The notes beneath the pieces are model-generated. The model was given only the letters and a program-made list of their open reading frames with translations, was not told the origin of the DNA and ran no database searches. This document shows, piece by piece, positions 26,931-40,124 of a DNA stretch of 64,000 bases. The first letter of the stretch is position 1, and each line of letters starts with the position of its first letter. Source of the stretch: Octopus vulgaris (lineage: Eukaryota); NCBI GenBank assembly GCA_951406725.2, contig OX597828.1, positions 67,766,001-67,830,000 on the forward strand, written 5' to 3'. A program made the position numbers and the translations under genes.

Positions 26931-27220
26931 TGTTGTATCGCCAGTTGTTATAACGAAACATTTTTACACTATAACCGTGTAGTTATATATTCTACAGAAT
27001 ATGTAACGAAGCAGAGTAACACCAACGTAACAATCCAACAAACTCTCCACAAACTATACACAAAGCAACCAACGATATTCCGACAAACTACCAAAACGAC
27101 ACCTTACGACTTACCTCGATTAAAGCACACTCTGTCTAGTCTCTCACTCAGACCGCTACTATTTATAGTCGTTCAGTCAAGCCTATTCTCGCAGGGGGTG
27201 CCTCGACTCTCGCCACAACA
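26931..27220 (-). mobile_element. Possible solo LTR interrupting a SINE B head (26858-26927)
   Basis: TGTTGT...ACAACA termini; CTATAAATA on the minus strand. No clear TSD. Confidence 0.45.
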
Positions 27221-27517
27221 CTCTTCAAACAACAAGTGATTTTTCCTATGAAAACCACTTGTAAACTTGTGTTTTGCTCATGGTAGCATCTTTGTAAGCT
27301 GTTTGAAGCATGACAACTGTTTCGGCCAGCAAGAAACGGAATTCCACGGAAACACGCTGTTCCTTCGTTTCAGCCAACGCAAAATTCGACGATTAGGGGA
27401 GAAGCACTGCAAAACAAAGACGCATCACGTGACAGTACGACAGCTGCGGACGACGCCGATCGGCAGACCGATGCCTGAGGGTTGCATCAAGTGGCTTCTA
27501 GTGGCAGAAGCCTGAAC

Positions 27518-27519
<2 letters not shown>

Positions 27520-27592
<73 letters not shown>

Positions 27593-27596
27593 CTAC

Positions 27597-27681
<85 letters not shown>

Positions 27682-27690
27682 AAGATAGAT
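27520..27690. repeat. (TAGA)n microsatellite
   Basis: Direct reading. Confidence 0.97.
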
Positions 27691-28080
27691 AAAACCGAGC
27701 TGGTGATCAACCGGTTTTACCACAACTTCTAAATTAATGTCTCTCTTCAGTTAAACGCAGAATCATGACATTAGGCATTGTGTTCATGCATATGTTTTAT
27801 TTTAGACCAATAACAGAAAAGCAGGATTTCTGACATCAATGGTAGAAATATATTCTTTTAGTTGCAGAGCATTTACGGTCAGCTTGATCTAGTTCATGTA
27901 CCCTCGAGTTCTCAGGCTTGTCACACCAACTGATATATAATCTTAAACCACAAACATATTAATATTTTCATTTAAAATATAGTACACTGTATACATTCTA
28001 GAAAAACGCGCCTGACGATATTACGGGTGCACAGTACATTCGTATATATTAAAAATCACGCATATATATATGTATGTATG

Positions 28081-28132
<52 letters not shown>

Positions 28133-28245
28133 TATCATATTATATTATATAGAGGGGGGACTTTTAAAGTCAAAACTACTAAAATAAATAAACATATCGT
28201 ACCGAATGCAACTCTCGAAGCAAGTCACTTAAAAACAGAATTCAG

Positions 28246-28308
28246 CTGCAGATCCCCTGTGATTTCGTAATCAGTGTAGTGCTTTGCACTCTTTACTCAT
28301 CAGTGCAA
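28246..28308 (-). ncRNA. Canonical type I hammerhead ribozyme
   Basis: Minus: TTGCA-CTGATGA-GTAA-AG-AGTGC-AAA-GCACT-ACACTGA-TTAC-GAA-ATC-ACAGGG-GAT-C-TGCAG. All core nucleotides intact, AUC triplet. Lies in a short element between microsatellites. Confidence 0.8.
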
Positions 28309-28357
28309 GCATAATTCAAGATTTATAATGAATGAAAAAAACATACATACATACATG

Positions 28358-28438
<81 letters not shown>

Positions 28439-28869
28439 ATTGTTACTGTTAAGAGTAGAAAATCTACTGTCTTCTTTGATAAGAATATGAAAAAACTTCA
28501 ACAATGAATCCGAGAGGAAACTTGCCGTATGTGAAAACAAAATGGAAAAATTAAAAATTACCCTCTTTGTTGATTTTAAACAATAGAAGCTCACGTACTC
28601 ACGCACGCACACGCACACATGCACGCATGCACACACACTTACTCACACACGCACACAAACAAATTTGATGGTTGTTTTGGAAACAATACGATGATCTTTT
28701 GCTTCGACACATAACTGCGGGAATTAATAATATGGAATAAAAAAAATCAGGAATGATCACAATTAAACTTTAATCTCCTGAGCGAATGAAACGAGTAAGC
28801 AAATGCTTAAATGTCGATTATCAAATATCGTTATTATAGATTTCTGTTGTCATTTCTCAACAGCATGAT

Positions 28870-30860
28870 GTAGTTAATTGAAGGTAGCATCGTGGAAATT
28901 AAGACATTTGCTATATAAAAGAAAAATAAAGCTAAAAATAATTGCAAATTGGCAATTCCTTTCAAGTTCTCTTTTGTAAACTTTCAAATATTCTTGTTTA
29001 CATTCGAAATGAGTCGCCAATTTACAAATTACTTTAACATGTACATACAATAACAGTCGTCGAAAAGTTATCTCCCCTGAGATCTTCACAGAAATGGACT
29101 TTCCTGTATTCCGGAATTCTAATTTGGGATTTGTGCACCGCCATCCTCTGACGTAGGCTGTTTTTTGTGTGTCCAATATATTGACGTTTGCATCCCGAGC
29201 ATGTAACTAAGTAAATCAAATTCTCCGATGCACATGTAGCGTTAGTTTTTATGGTAACATTATGGCCTTGTTCAATTCGGTATTCTGATCCTTCTATTAT
29301 GTTGATACAGATCCCACAGTTTGGCCTCCCACACATTTTTACTGTCGGCTTTGTGGTTATTGTTGATTCTAATTTGGCCTGGGTTAAAATCCTCTTCATT
29401 GATTTTGGCTGTCTCTTACTTTTGATGATGGTGTGTGTTTGGAGGATTTGATTCATCTTTGGGTCCCTCTTGAGTAGAGCTGTTCTATGGAGTATAGCGT
29501 TGAAGGCCTCATTTTTATGTGGGTTGTGTGTGGAGATGTAAGGCAGGGTTTTCAATTTTTCTTCCTTCTTTGGTCTTGGTTGCCTAAGTTCTTGTGTATT
29601 GAAATTAAGGACTCGTTGGATCGTATTGTTGATTAAGGATTGCTGGTAATTCCTATTGATGAGTGTAGTTTTTACTTCTTGGAGTCGTGTATAACGGGTA
29701 TACTATTGTGCATATTCTTATGACTAAACTAAAGGGGATATTCATCCTGTTGTGTCTCGGGTGGCAAGAATTAAACGGCAGGTACTGTTTCGAGTCCGTG
29801 GGTTTGTAACAGATATTTGTCTCTATTTTGTTCCCGACTTTCCTAATAAGAATTCCTAAAAACGGCAGTTGTTCCTGGTTACACTCTATCGTAAACTGGA
29901 GGTTTTAATTTATTCCATTTAGAAGTGTTTTGAATTCATTAAGTTTTTCTACATTGTCATTCCAGAGGATGAAGCAGTCATCGAGATATCTTTTCCAGTT
30001 GTTTTGAATGTAGGTGGAAAAGGGGTTTTCATATTTCTCGAGTGTTTTCTGGTATACTTTAATTTCGAGATAGCCCTTTACCAGGTTCGCAAAAGAAGGT
30101 GCAGTTCGTGTTCCCATTGCTGTCCCCAATTTTTGCCGGAAGTAGTCATTATTGAATATAAAATAATTGTTCCCTAGGATAAATCTTAGTCCTTCTCTTA
30201 TGGGTTCTTTTTTTTTATGCGAGAGGGGAATCCATAGGTGTAGTTGTCTAACCAGAATGTGATTGCTTCTATTCCTAGAATGTGGAGGATGTTTGAATAC
30301 AGGTTAACTACGTCCAAGGCTACTAGTAGGGTTTTCTCATTGACCGTTTTTGGGAGGTGGTTGAGCATGTCCAGATCATCCCTTATGTAGCTCTTGATGT
30401 GTTTGAGTGGAGTGTCTAGGAAGTTGCTGAGGCGGTGGGTTTCGCATGCTGGACCTGCTATTATTGGTCTTAGTTTTAGGTCATTAGGTGAGAGGACCTT
30501 GGTGATTATGTCTGTAGCTTCTTTGCATGCCTCGTTTATTTTTCTGCTTTTGTGGATTTTGGGGATACCGTAGAATAAACTTGATTTACACTTGAAATTA
30601 GTAATGTAATCGTAATCCTTGTCTGTGAGTCCTTCTCGCTATGAGATTATTCATTATTTTCTGTTGTCTATAGTTTTGGGCCCTTTCGTAAAACGCCTCA
30701 TCCCCTAATAGAGATAGTAGTAGATTTTTATAATCCTTCATGTTCATTAGAACTACTGCGTTACCTGTGTCTGCCTCTTTGATTGTTATGGTTTTATCAT
30801 CTTTTAGTTCGTTAAGGTCGTTCCATTCTCTTTTGTTGAAGTTTGGTCTGTGTTTTTGTT
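28870..30860 (-). mobile_element. Penelope-like element coding region (RT + GIY-YIG endonuclease), frameshifted
   Basis: IKEADTGNAVV (30598-30936); GTAMGTRTAPSFANL and WKRYLDDCFILW (29905-30129); CGRPNCGIC...NLIYLVTCSGCKRQYIGHT...LRQRMAVH (29034-29555). Confidence 0.92.
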
Positions 30861-30869
30861 TATTTGTGA

Positions 30870-31800
<931 letters not shown>

Positions 31801-31926
31801 TGATATATATATATATATAAGCAAAAATTTAGATCCATATGAATTAGGTACTTGAGTTGGGGCACCAGAATTTAGTACGATATTATCCATACAGTTTCAA
31901 AATAAGCAACGGGATATCCAGAGGTA

Positions 31927-32016
31927 ATGCAGTACAATTGTTTCAAGTAACTCCATTTAATTGAACAATGCAACCATTACATCAATTTAAAAATGCAGAG
32001 CAATCTTCAGCTGCAT
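31927..32016 (-). ncRNA. Type I hammerhead ribozyme motif with long stem II insert
   Basis: Minus: ATGCAG-CTGAAGA-TTGCTC...GAGTTACTT-GAA-ACAATTGT-A-CTGCAT. 6-bp stem I, palindromic stem III, imperfect stem II. Confidence 0.7.
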
Positions 32017-32047
32017 AAATACATAGAAGACCTCCAACAAGATAAGG

Positions 32048-32112
<65 letters not shown>

Positions 32113-32213
32113 AATCCGAATGATATGATCTGAATGATATGATATATATGTAAAAAATGTAATATATAAATAAATATCTACAAATATGAACCATCCGATC
32201 TGATTACCTCATT

Positions 32214-32282
<69 letters not shown>

Positions 32283-32284
<2 letters not shown>

Positions 32285-32395
32285 CGGGCTTCTTTCTGTT
32301 TCCGTCTACCAAATCCAGTCGCAAGGTTTTGGTCGGTTCAGGACTAAACCCGAAACCTTGTGGTTGGGAAGCGAGCTTCCTACCACACAGCCACG
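32283..32395 (-). mobile_element. SINE family B 5' half
   Basis: Head similarity to 4424-4590. Confidence 0.7.
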
Positions 32396-32828
32396 TCATA
32401 TAAGCAAACAGGTTGTGTATAGACGGAGGTGGTCACAGCTCTGGGACGTCTTTAGTGATGAAAGGTCTGTCAAATCAGACAGGGCTGACCTAGGAAAGAG
32501 AGAGGAAGTCTCAACAGCAGCAACAACAAGGTTTGCATATAAATGAGGGCAGTCGTTGTTTTGGAAATTTATTAAAACGAAATCGGCGACCTGTTGATCG
32601 TATTGTGAACATTGTGGTCGTCTGAGGGTGAAGGGTCATATTTGGGCTAAAACCTGGTGCCTCTATCAAAACTGTAGCTGGTAACGATGGGTGGTGGTGG
32701 TGGTGGTGGAGGTGCTATTGCTGCTGCTGCTGCTGGTAGTGGTGGTAGTGGTGGTAGTGGTGGTGGTGGTGGTGATGGTGATGGTATTAATGGACAAATG
32801 CTTGCAAAGGCAGTTGGTAAGTTGGTAG

Positions 32829-32895
<67 letters not shown>

Positions 32896-33078
32896 TAGTA
32901 GTAGTAGTTGTTGTTTTGTTGTTGTTGTTGTTGTTGTTGTTGCTGTTGCTGTTGCTGTTGTTTTGGGGGTAGTGATGGAAAGGTGATTATATTATAGAAG
33001 AGAGGCGGTGGTGGTAATCGTGGTGGCAGTGAGTGATGATAATGTTGCGGTAGCTGCTATTGCTGCTGCTCCTAACAG

Positions 33079-33109
<31 letters not shown>

Positions 33110-33566
33110 ATATCTGGGTAGTGTGCTGGAGTGTTGTATTGCCAGGTGTTAACAGTGCCGTGCTGAAAGACATGCATGGAGGGAGTCAAGTTAGCAAGAG
33201 AGAGGGAAAAAGACAGAGTGAGAGGGGGAGGTCCATAGGTCATATCACATCACACCACCTCAACGGTTTTGCTCATTCTGCTAGAAACAGCAGCCTAATC
33301 TCCTTCAAATCAACCCCCAACCACCGCGAAAGCTAACTTTGGACAATGTAGTTGTAAATATGATGAAATACGGGATTGGCCACGACTGGAACGCTACTAA
33401 TCCTAGTTCTCTTTGGTCAGGGTTGAACATGCGTTAAACAACAGCAGCAATAAGTCACTGACCCCTTAAGTTTAGCTTTTACTGGTCTGCGGCCATGACG
33501 GGTCTCGACGTCGAATATTTATCACCCTACTATTTACTTTAAGACAATTAGTTATTTTCTCCATCG

Positions 33567-33602
<36 letters not shown>

Positions 33603-33899
33603 AGTGTAGGACAAATCCCTCCCCTAAGGCAAAAAACCCTAGAGAAAAACTGACTCTAAAAAACAAGGACAAAAAAAAAAAACAAGCAATTTTTAAATCA
33701 TAATTTTTATTCTTTTGAGGAATTTTTATTATTTCATTTAATTGTTAATTATTATTGTTATTTATTTTATACATGTCATTGTGCCAAATCCCACTTGTGT
33801 TGCATTGTTCGTATTTGTTTTGTCTTCGGCCCTTTATTATTTTAGTTTAAACACTTCACTCAGCTGTAAAATATTACATTAATTATATAATAACCCCAA

Positions 33900-34132
33900 A
33901 GGCGGCGAGTTGGCAGAACCGTTAGCACACCGGGCGAAATGCGTAGCCGTATTTCGTCTGCCGTTACGTTCCGAGTTCAAATTCCGCCGAGGTCGACTTT
34001 ACCTTTCATCCATTCGGGGTCGATAAATTAAGTACCAGTTACGTTCTGGGGTCGATATAAACGACTTAATCCGTTTGTCTGTCCTTGTTTGTCCCCTCTG
34101 TGTTTAGCCCCTTGTGGGTAGTAAAGAAATAG
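33900..34132 (+). mobile_element. SINE family A, full length
   Basis: GGCGGCGAGTTGGCAGAACCGTTAGCAC...GAGTTCAAATTCC...GTAAAGAAATAG; 'taataaccc' on both flanks. Confidence 0.88.
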
Positions 34133-35389
34133 ATATAATAACCCTAATCAGAAAAATGAGCATAAAAATAGAAAGAGCATCATACCGTATCTCTGAAAAT
34201 TTAAAACTAGCAGAATATTGAAAACCTCATTAAGTGTTGGGGTCCATTAAAAGTTCATTTTTGCTACCATCTGATGCTGGACCCCATGCCTTTTATTCAC
34301 ATGGTCCGTGTGTGTGTGTGTGTGTGTGTAAGTTATAAGGATGTAAAACAAAACAACACCGCATGTTAAGTGGGGGAATACAAGGAAGTACATGTACACA
34401 CAAACACACATGTATGTATGTATGCACTCCCAAGGCAGTGCTCAGTCAAGAGATATTGTAGAAGACGCTTGATCAAAGTGTTACGCAGTGGGACTGAACC
34501 CGGATCTGTTCAATTTGGCTCACAGGTTTTTAAAATTAATTTTGAAGTTTGAAACTTCGTATACTGGTGGAATTTCTCACGCAGAACACGGTTTACTTTG
34601 AACATTTTTGACAAAATTGCGCGGCTGCGAAACGATTTTCTTAACTTGGTTATGTGTATGTGTATGTGTGTGTTTGTGTGTGTATATGTGTGTGTGCGTG
34701 CGTGGGTGTATGTGTGTGTACTATGGTAGACCCGTTGTATCTGAAGATGACCATCACTAGCCATTTAAAGAATCATGCTTTCATCACTGACTCTTTAAAT
34801 CTTCCAGGTTTTGACATGCCTATTTGCAAACCTCACATTGTATATCGGTTGATACATCTACATCTTGATGTATAAACACATTAAAATTTACTCCAGTACA
34901 TTGTCTTTCAAAACCAGAGATAGATTTACAAACCTTCTGTCATCATACCTCGTGTATTTTATGTTACAAACTCTGCTGTCAATGAACTGTATTCGACCTT
35001 TTCTTTTGCCGGATGACTTTGTTGGGGACAATGAATGACCCCAGCTATGGAACCACAAACAGCCTCAAATATTGCAGACTAACTTCATAAATCATATGTT
35101 TTCGAGCTGCTCACTTTTCCAAACCTATCTCCACCATCTTTTACTCCATTGTTGTAATTAAACATATTATTTCACAGCTGACTTTATTTGTTTTAAACCG
35201 CTTTCATTAAAGAAATTATACTAAGTCTTAGAAATACAGACAGTGGTCTGATTCCTAATTTAGTAAACCTTAGTCTCTGAGCAAACTCTTTTACCACTCC
35301 GCTGTTTTACCGTAAAGTTCCAACAATCCTTGCTTACATTACATGAAACTCTATACACATTTCATGTAACATAAAACGAACTTTCAAGT

Positions 35390-36280
35390 TGGACAAGTAT
35401 AGAAAAGTTCTTTGAGACCGGGTTTAATTTTCAGTGAGCTGCATCTTCTCGTTGCCATTGGTTTCTTGTTACGGTTGGAAATCCTGATTTACAAAGAAAT
35501 TGTTCCACAAGCGGAAGAAGCACCTTTATTCCTTCATTTTCCCCAAATCTAACATTCAAACCTTCAACCAAACTGAAACGATAGATTCGACATTTTAATG
35601 GAAATTATAACTGCCACATCATTTTGAACTTCAATAAACTCTTCTTGAAATTCATTAATGTTGACAAAATCTTTATAGAAATCGTTTAACGTCAGAGCTA
35701 AATGGACTTCACACCCAAGCTGTAAGTTCCATCATCATCTTCTATTGGAATGAAGTAATTGAATTCTTTCAATCAGTTTTGGTAAATAGTTAGAAATAAT
35801 ATTTTGCACATCATTAAAATTATTAATGTAATAGATTATAATAAGATTATTAAACGTTATAATAAAATCATTAATGTAATCTTCTTTCAGTAGATTGAAT
35901 AATGGAATGTAGTTTTTCTTTGTTCTACAATCTGAGTTTTTCTTTAAAAGCATTTATTTTCTCTATTGAAGCAATAATTAATCAATCACAGCCTTGAAGA
36001 GCGATATTTCAGTCATTAAATTAAGAAAAAGCTATCGAAAAGATAAGCTAATTGAAGCACCCACTTGGAATCTGAAAATATTGAAGTTAAAGGATGGTGT
36101 TTTACAGATAAAAAGACATTTCTACTTCGAAGTTACACCACTCGCTGCAGCACTTTTCTGCGAGATAACCATCTGATTTTTCAAAGAATCGAATAAATGC
36201 TTCGATCTGATTGATGAACACAAATCACTGAAGCATTTCTTATTGACAGATTTTTGTCTTCAAAAGTTTACAATTTATAA
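35390..36280 (-). pseudogene. Degraded hAT transposase C-terminal half (Buster/Charlie, SCAND3/ZBED5-like)
   Basis: Minus frames: RWLSR-KVLQRV, SDSKWVLQLAYLFD, EKINAFKEKL, EEFIEVQND, WLKV, LLPLVEQFLCKSGF (hATC dimerisation-like). Many stops and frameshifts. Confidence 0.78.
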
Positions 36281-36309
36281 CGGATGTCGATTTATTTCTT
36301 GTTTCCTAT

Positions 36310-36680
36310 TGGAGATGACCACTTTCATAGCTTACCTCAGACACAGCCACCAGTCCGGCCCTGTGCTGCAGTCATACACTCCACCAAAATCCTTCCCATT
36401 CAGTCCTTGATACCATTGCTCTATCTTCGTCTTTGTATCCCAACCAGCTTGTTTTCTCTCCTCTCATCGCACACTGATGCAGGCACCGAAGTTCCGGCTT
36501 CTGATAATGTGGCCAAAATATTGTAGTGTTTGCCACCTGACCACCATCAGCAACATTCTTTTCATTCTAGAACTGAATTACTTCTTCAGCAGTTTTCTCA
36601 ATCGACTCACAGAACTCATCTTTAGTACATCGGCTCCAATGAGCTCAGTTACGCCTCACATCCATGCAACAACCAAACAA
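36310..36680 (-). mobile_element. RTE-type LINE 3' fragment
   Basis: Minus frames: LQYFGHIIR...IQRRR...GIKD...AAQGR. Confidence 0.65.
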
Positions 36681-36969
36681 CCAAACTAGGATTTCAACAG
36701 GTAGCGGCGGAAGCAGCAGTGGTTATAGTGGTGGGTGGGGTGAGGGTCGTCGTCGTCGTCGTGATAGCAGTGGAAATCCAAACTAATTAGCGAATTCTTT
36801 TTTACTCAGGACTTCCTAGTTCTGTAAGGAGAGCAGTAGGACGGGTATCCTCAAATCGGTTACCTGGCACGAATGCTTGCATGTAGGACTAACGGTACTT
36901 GAGCTCAGAACGTAGGCAACAAGAACAGTTACCACAAAGCATTCGGTTCGGCATTCAAATGGTTCCGCC

Positions 36970-37128
36970 AATCACCACCATCCACGATTGGTCCTTTTTT
37001 TTTTTTCAACCCGGGCAGGATGAAAGGCAAAGTTGACCTCAGATACGAACTCAAACTGCAGCGAGTCGGAACACATACGGTAAAATGTCCCATCCGACAC
37101 TCTATTGACTCTGCTAATTCGCTGCCTT
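36970..37128 (-). mobile_element. SINE family A, diverged
   Basis: ggatgaaaggcaaagttgacctc...gaactca...ctgctaattcgctgcc. Confidence 0.6.
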
Positions 37129-37234
37129 GCTGAAGCTAACAATACTAGACCTACACCTAAGAGGTTCTTAGACACAAACTGAGAGACACTCATAGTATGT
37201 AACAACAATGTGAAGTATCACTTAATGCTACACT

Positions 37235-37455
37235 CTTTTACTCTTTTACTTGTTTCAGTCATTTGACTGTGGCCATGCTGGAGCACCGCCTTTAGTCGAG
37301 CAAGTCGACCCCAGGACTTATTCTTTGTAAGCCTCGTACTTATTCTATCGGTTTCTTTTTGCCGAACCGCTAAGTTACGAGGACATAAACACACCAGCAT
37401 TCGGTTGTCAAGCGATGTTGGGGGGACAAATACAGACACACAAATATATACACAA

Positions 37456-37486
<31 letters not shown>

Positions 37487-37808
37487 ACGGGAAGCTTTAT
37501 GAAAATAGACAAAAGACGAAGGCAGGTGGGAAACAAACAAACAATTGTATTAGTATGGCGCTCAGGAAATATAAATAAAACAAGTCTTTAACGTTTCGAG
37601 CCTACGCTCTTCAACAGAAAGATACACGTATATATACATATATACGACGGGGTTCTTTCAGTTTCCGTCTACCAAATCCATTCACAAGACTTTGGTCGGC
37701 CCGAGGCTATAGTAGAAGACACTTGCCCAAGGTGACACGCAGTGGGACTGAACCCGAAACCATGTGGTTGGTAAGCAAGCTACTTACCACACAGCCACTC
37801 CTCCGCCC
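37235..37808 (-). mobile_element. SINE family B interrupted by a pLTR insertion in its internal (TA)n
   Basis: Reverse complement of 4424-4838 with extra sequence at 37487-37628. Confidence 0.85.
37487..37628 (-). mobile_element. Penelope pLTR fragment with hammerhead at 37586-37621
   Basis: Minus: CTTT-CTGTTGA-A-GAGC-GTAG-GCTC-GAA-ACGT-T-AAAG. Confidence 0.72.
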
Positions 37809-38837
37809 ATGCTAACATTTTTAGACAGGTTTGCTCATGCTTTGCTAGTGTTGGGCATTAGAATGCAAATTCTTGAAAAACTCTTCTGGAAATTTCCCAT
37901 ATGTCTTACTACCCTACTCTTACTGTAATAGTTGACCCCACGATGGGGTCATCTGCCCTTTTGTCAAGTTCTACTTTTTATTCTGCTTGGTTATTTCCCT
38001 TACAGTTATATTATTTATAAATTAACATATTTTGGTTTTCTACATTATTTGTGCGTGAGCGCGTGCACGTATGTGTATGTGTATCTGTGTGTGCGCTGTC
38101 GCCGACTTCACTGTTTTAATGCAGAACGTGTCCCTGGGTAATCATTAATGATTCTTTCTCTTTACCACCAATAAAATTGTAATTAATTAAAAGTCCCAAA
38201 GTCACTATATTAATTTGTGTCATTACTAACTCTACTGATTGGATTTCATTCACACAAAATCACATACACAGATAGACACGCACACACGCACACATACGTC
38301 GGAGCACACACAAAGTGATTGAGAGAGAGAGAGAGAGAAAGAGAGGGGAGGGGTAGAGGGGAAGGAGAGAGGGGGAGTGACAGCGAGAGGAAGGAGAGAG
38401 AATGGGAGAGAAAAAGAGGGAGAGAGAGAGAGAGAGAGAAATCTTTCCTTCTAAAAGGTAATTGCAGGTGAAATTAGGTCGGTGAGTAAATTAAAGCGTG
38501 GAGGACTTCACAGCGTTTGTTACACTAAACAAACAAACAAATAAACAAATAAAAGCATAAATACTTAAGTAAGTAAATAAATATTTAAATAAAATATTCT
38601 CTCGGTTCATTTGTTCATTTATGGTTTTCTTTTGTTTCGACTACGCCCATGCTGGAACAACGTCTTCAACGGTTTCAATTAATTTCTATCGTGTCCCCCA
38701 CCGCCGCCGTGTACTTTATCGATTACTCATTTCACCTCACTGATATACTCACACTTGTATACATGCTCACATATATACCTATGTGTGTATACACATATTT
38801 TCTAACACACATGCACACACTCAAACTTTGATATATA

Positions 38838-39220
38838 TCTGGCTGTCGCCATGATAGATCATTAGCCAGTGCACACATTTTTTTCTCTCCTTGTTTTTTC
38901 TGTGTCCCTTTCTGTAGAAGAGCGTAGGCTCGAAACGTAAAAGACTTTTTTCTATTCCTGAGCGTTATACTAATACATCTGTTTGTTTTGTACACCACCT
39001 GTCTTCGTCTTTTGTTTTTTTTTCGTAAACTCTCCCTTGAACCGTTGCCGATTTTCCCCCCTCAGTCTTCCCTTCTCTGGATCTTTCCTCTTCCTATGTT
39101 TCCGACGAAGAGCTCCGCTCGGAACGTTCAACCCTCCTTCTTTCCTTCTTTCCTGAGCGTCCAATAACACTATACTTGTTCCACGTCCTCGCGTTGTTGT
39201 GTTTTCATGTTTGGATTAAC
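38838..39220 (+). mobile_element. Two tandem pLTRs of related families, each with a hammerhead motif (38908-38943; degenerate 39098-39132), ending at (TA)n
   Basis: 38838-39037 is nearly identical to 31160-31357; 39040-39220 matches 2853-3052 reversed. Confidence 0.75.
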
Positions 39221-39795
39221 TATATATATATATATATATACTGGTAGAAAGACCACCTTCCGGACGGTTTTCTGCTAGCCAATTGATAATATTTTCACAT
39301 TTGATTCCCAATTCAAATAATTTTGATATTTTACGTCTTATTATTTCTTTGTATAATAGTGCCCACTTGCTTCATAATTATTACTTTCATAATTTTATCA
39401 CAGTCATAATCTCTCTTTTTTAAATAAACATCAAGTTAGTCCAACTACGTTTGGTGTGCAAAAAATATCAGCGATCACATAGAGAGATTATAAACCTATA
39501 GCGTATCAAATAGCCGTAGCAACAAATTCACTTGATATGTCTTAGATAACGACGAAAAGGAAAGAAGTCACATGAGTTCGAAGCTTCAGTAAGTTTTAAT
39601 AAGTTGTCCAATAAGATTTTTTTCCCAGTATGTATAAAGAATAATCTGAGGACATTTACACAGCGAATTTAAGTCAACAAAATACCCGATTTCCTCATCT
39701 GAAATAACGAAATAGAACTTGAAATGAAAAAAATTGCAATGAATGTCTAATAAGTAAATTATGATTTATGAAAGCAATTAGAGGCGCGCACGCGC

Positions 39796-39939
<144 letters not shown>

Positions 39940-40124
39940 GTTGCAAATGAAAACGAAAAATTTCGCCTGATCATAATATCGTTAATCATATATTAAAACC
40001 TACCCTGCAGTGAACGTAGAGCTTGGCAACGAATATTTAAATTTGTGATATTAAGTAATAACAGACGCTTCGAAACTGCTTTTTATCGATAAAAGTGAAA
40101 CCTTAAGAGTGATAAGGAGCAAAA

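Noticed and set aside
35285-35330. P-loop-like GK..SGK on the minus strand (possible NACHT exon)
   Set aside because: Needs a frameshift; no Walker B or continuing ORF.
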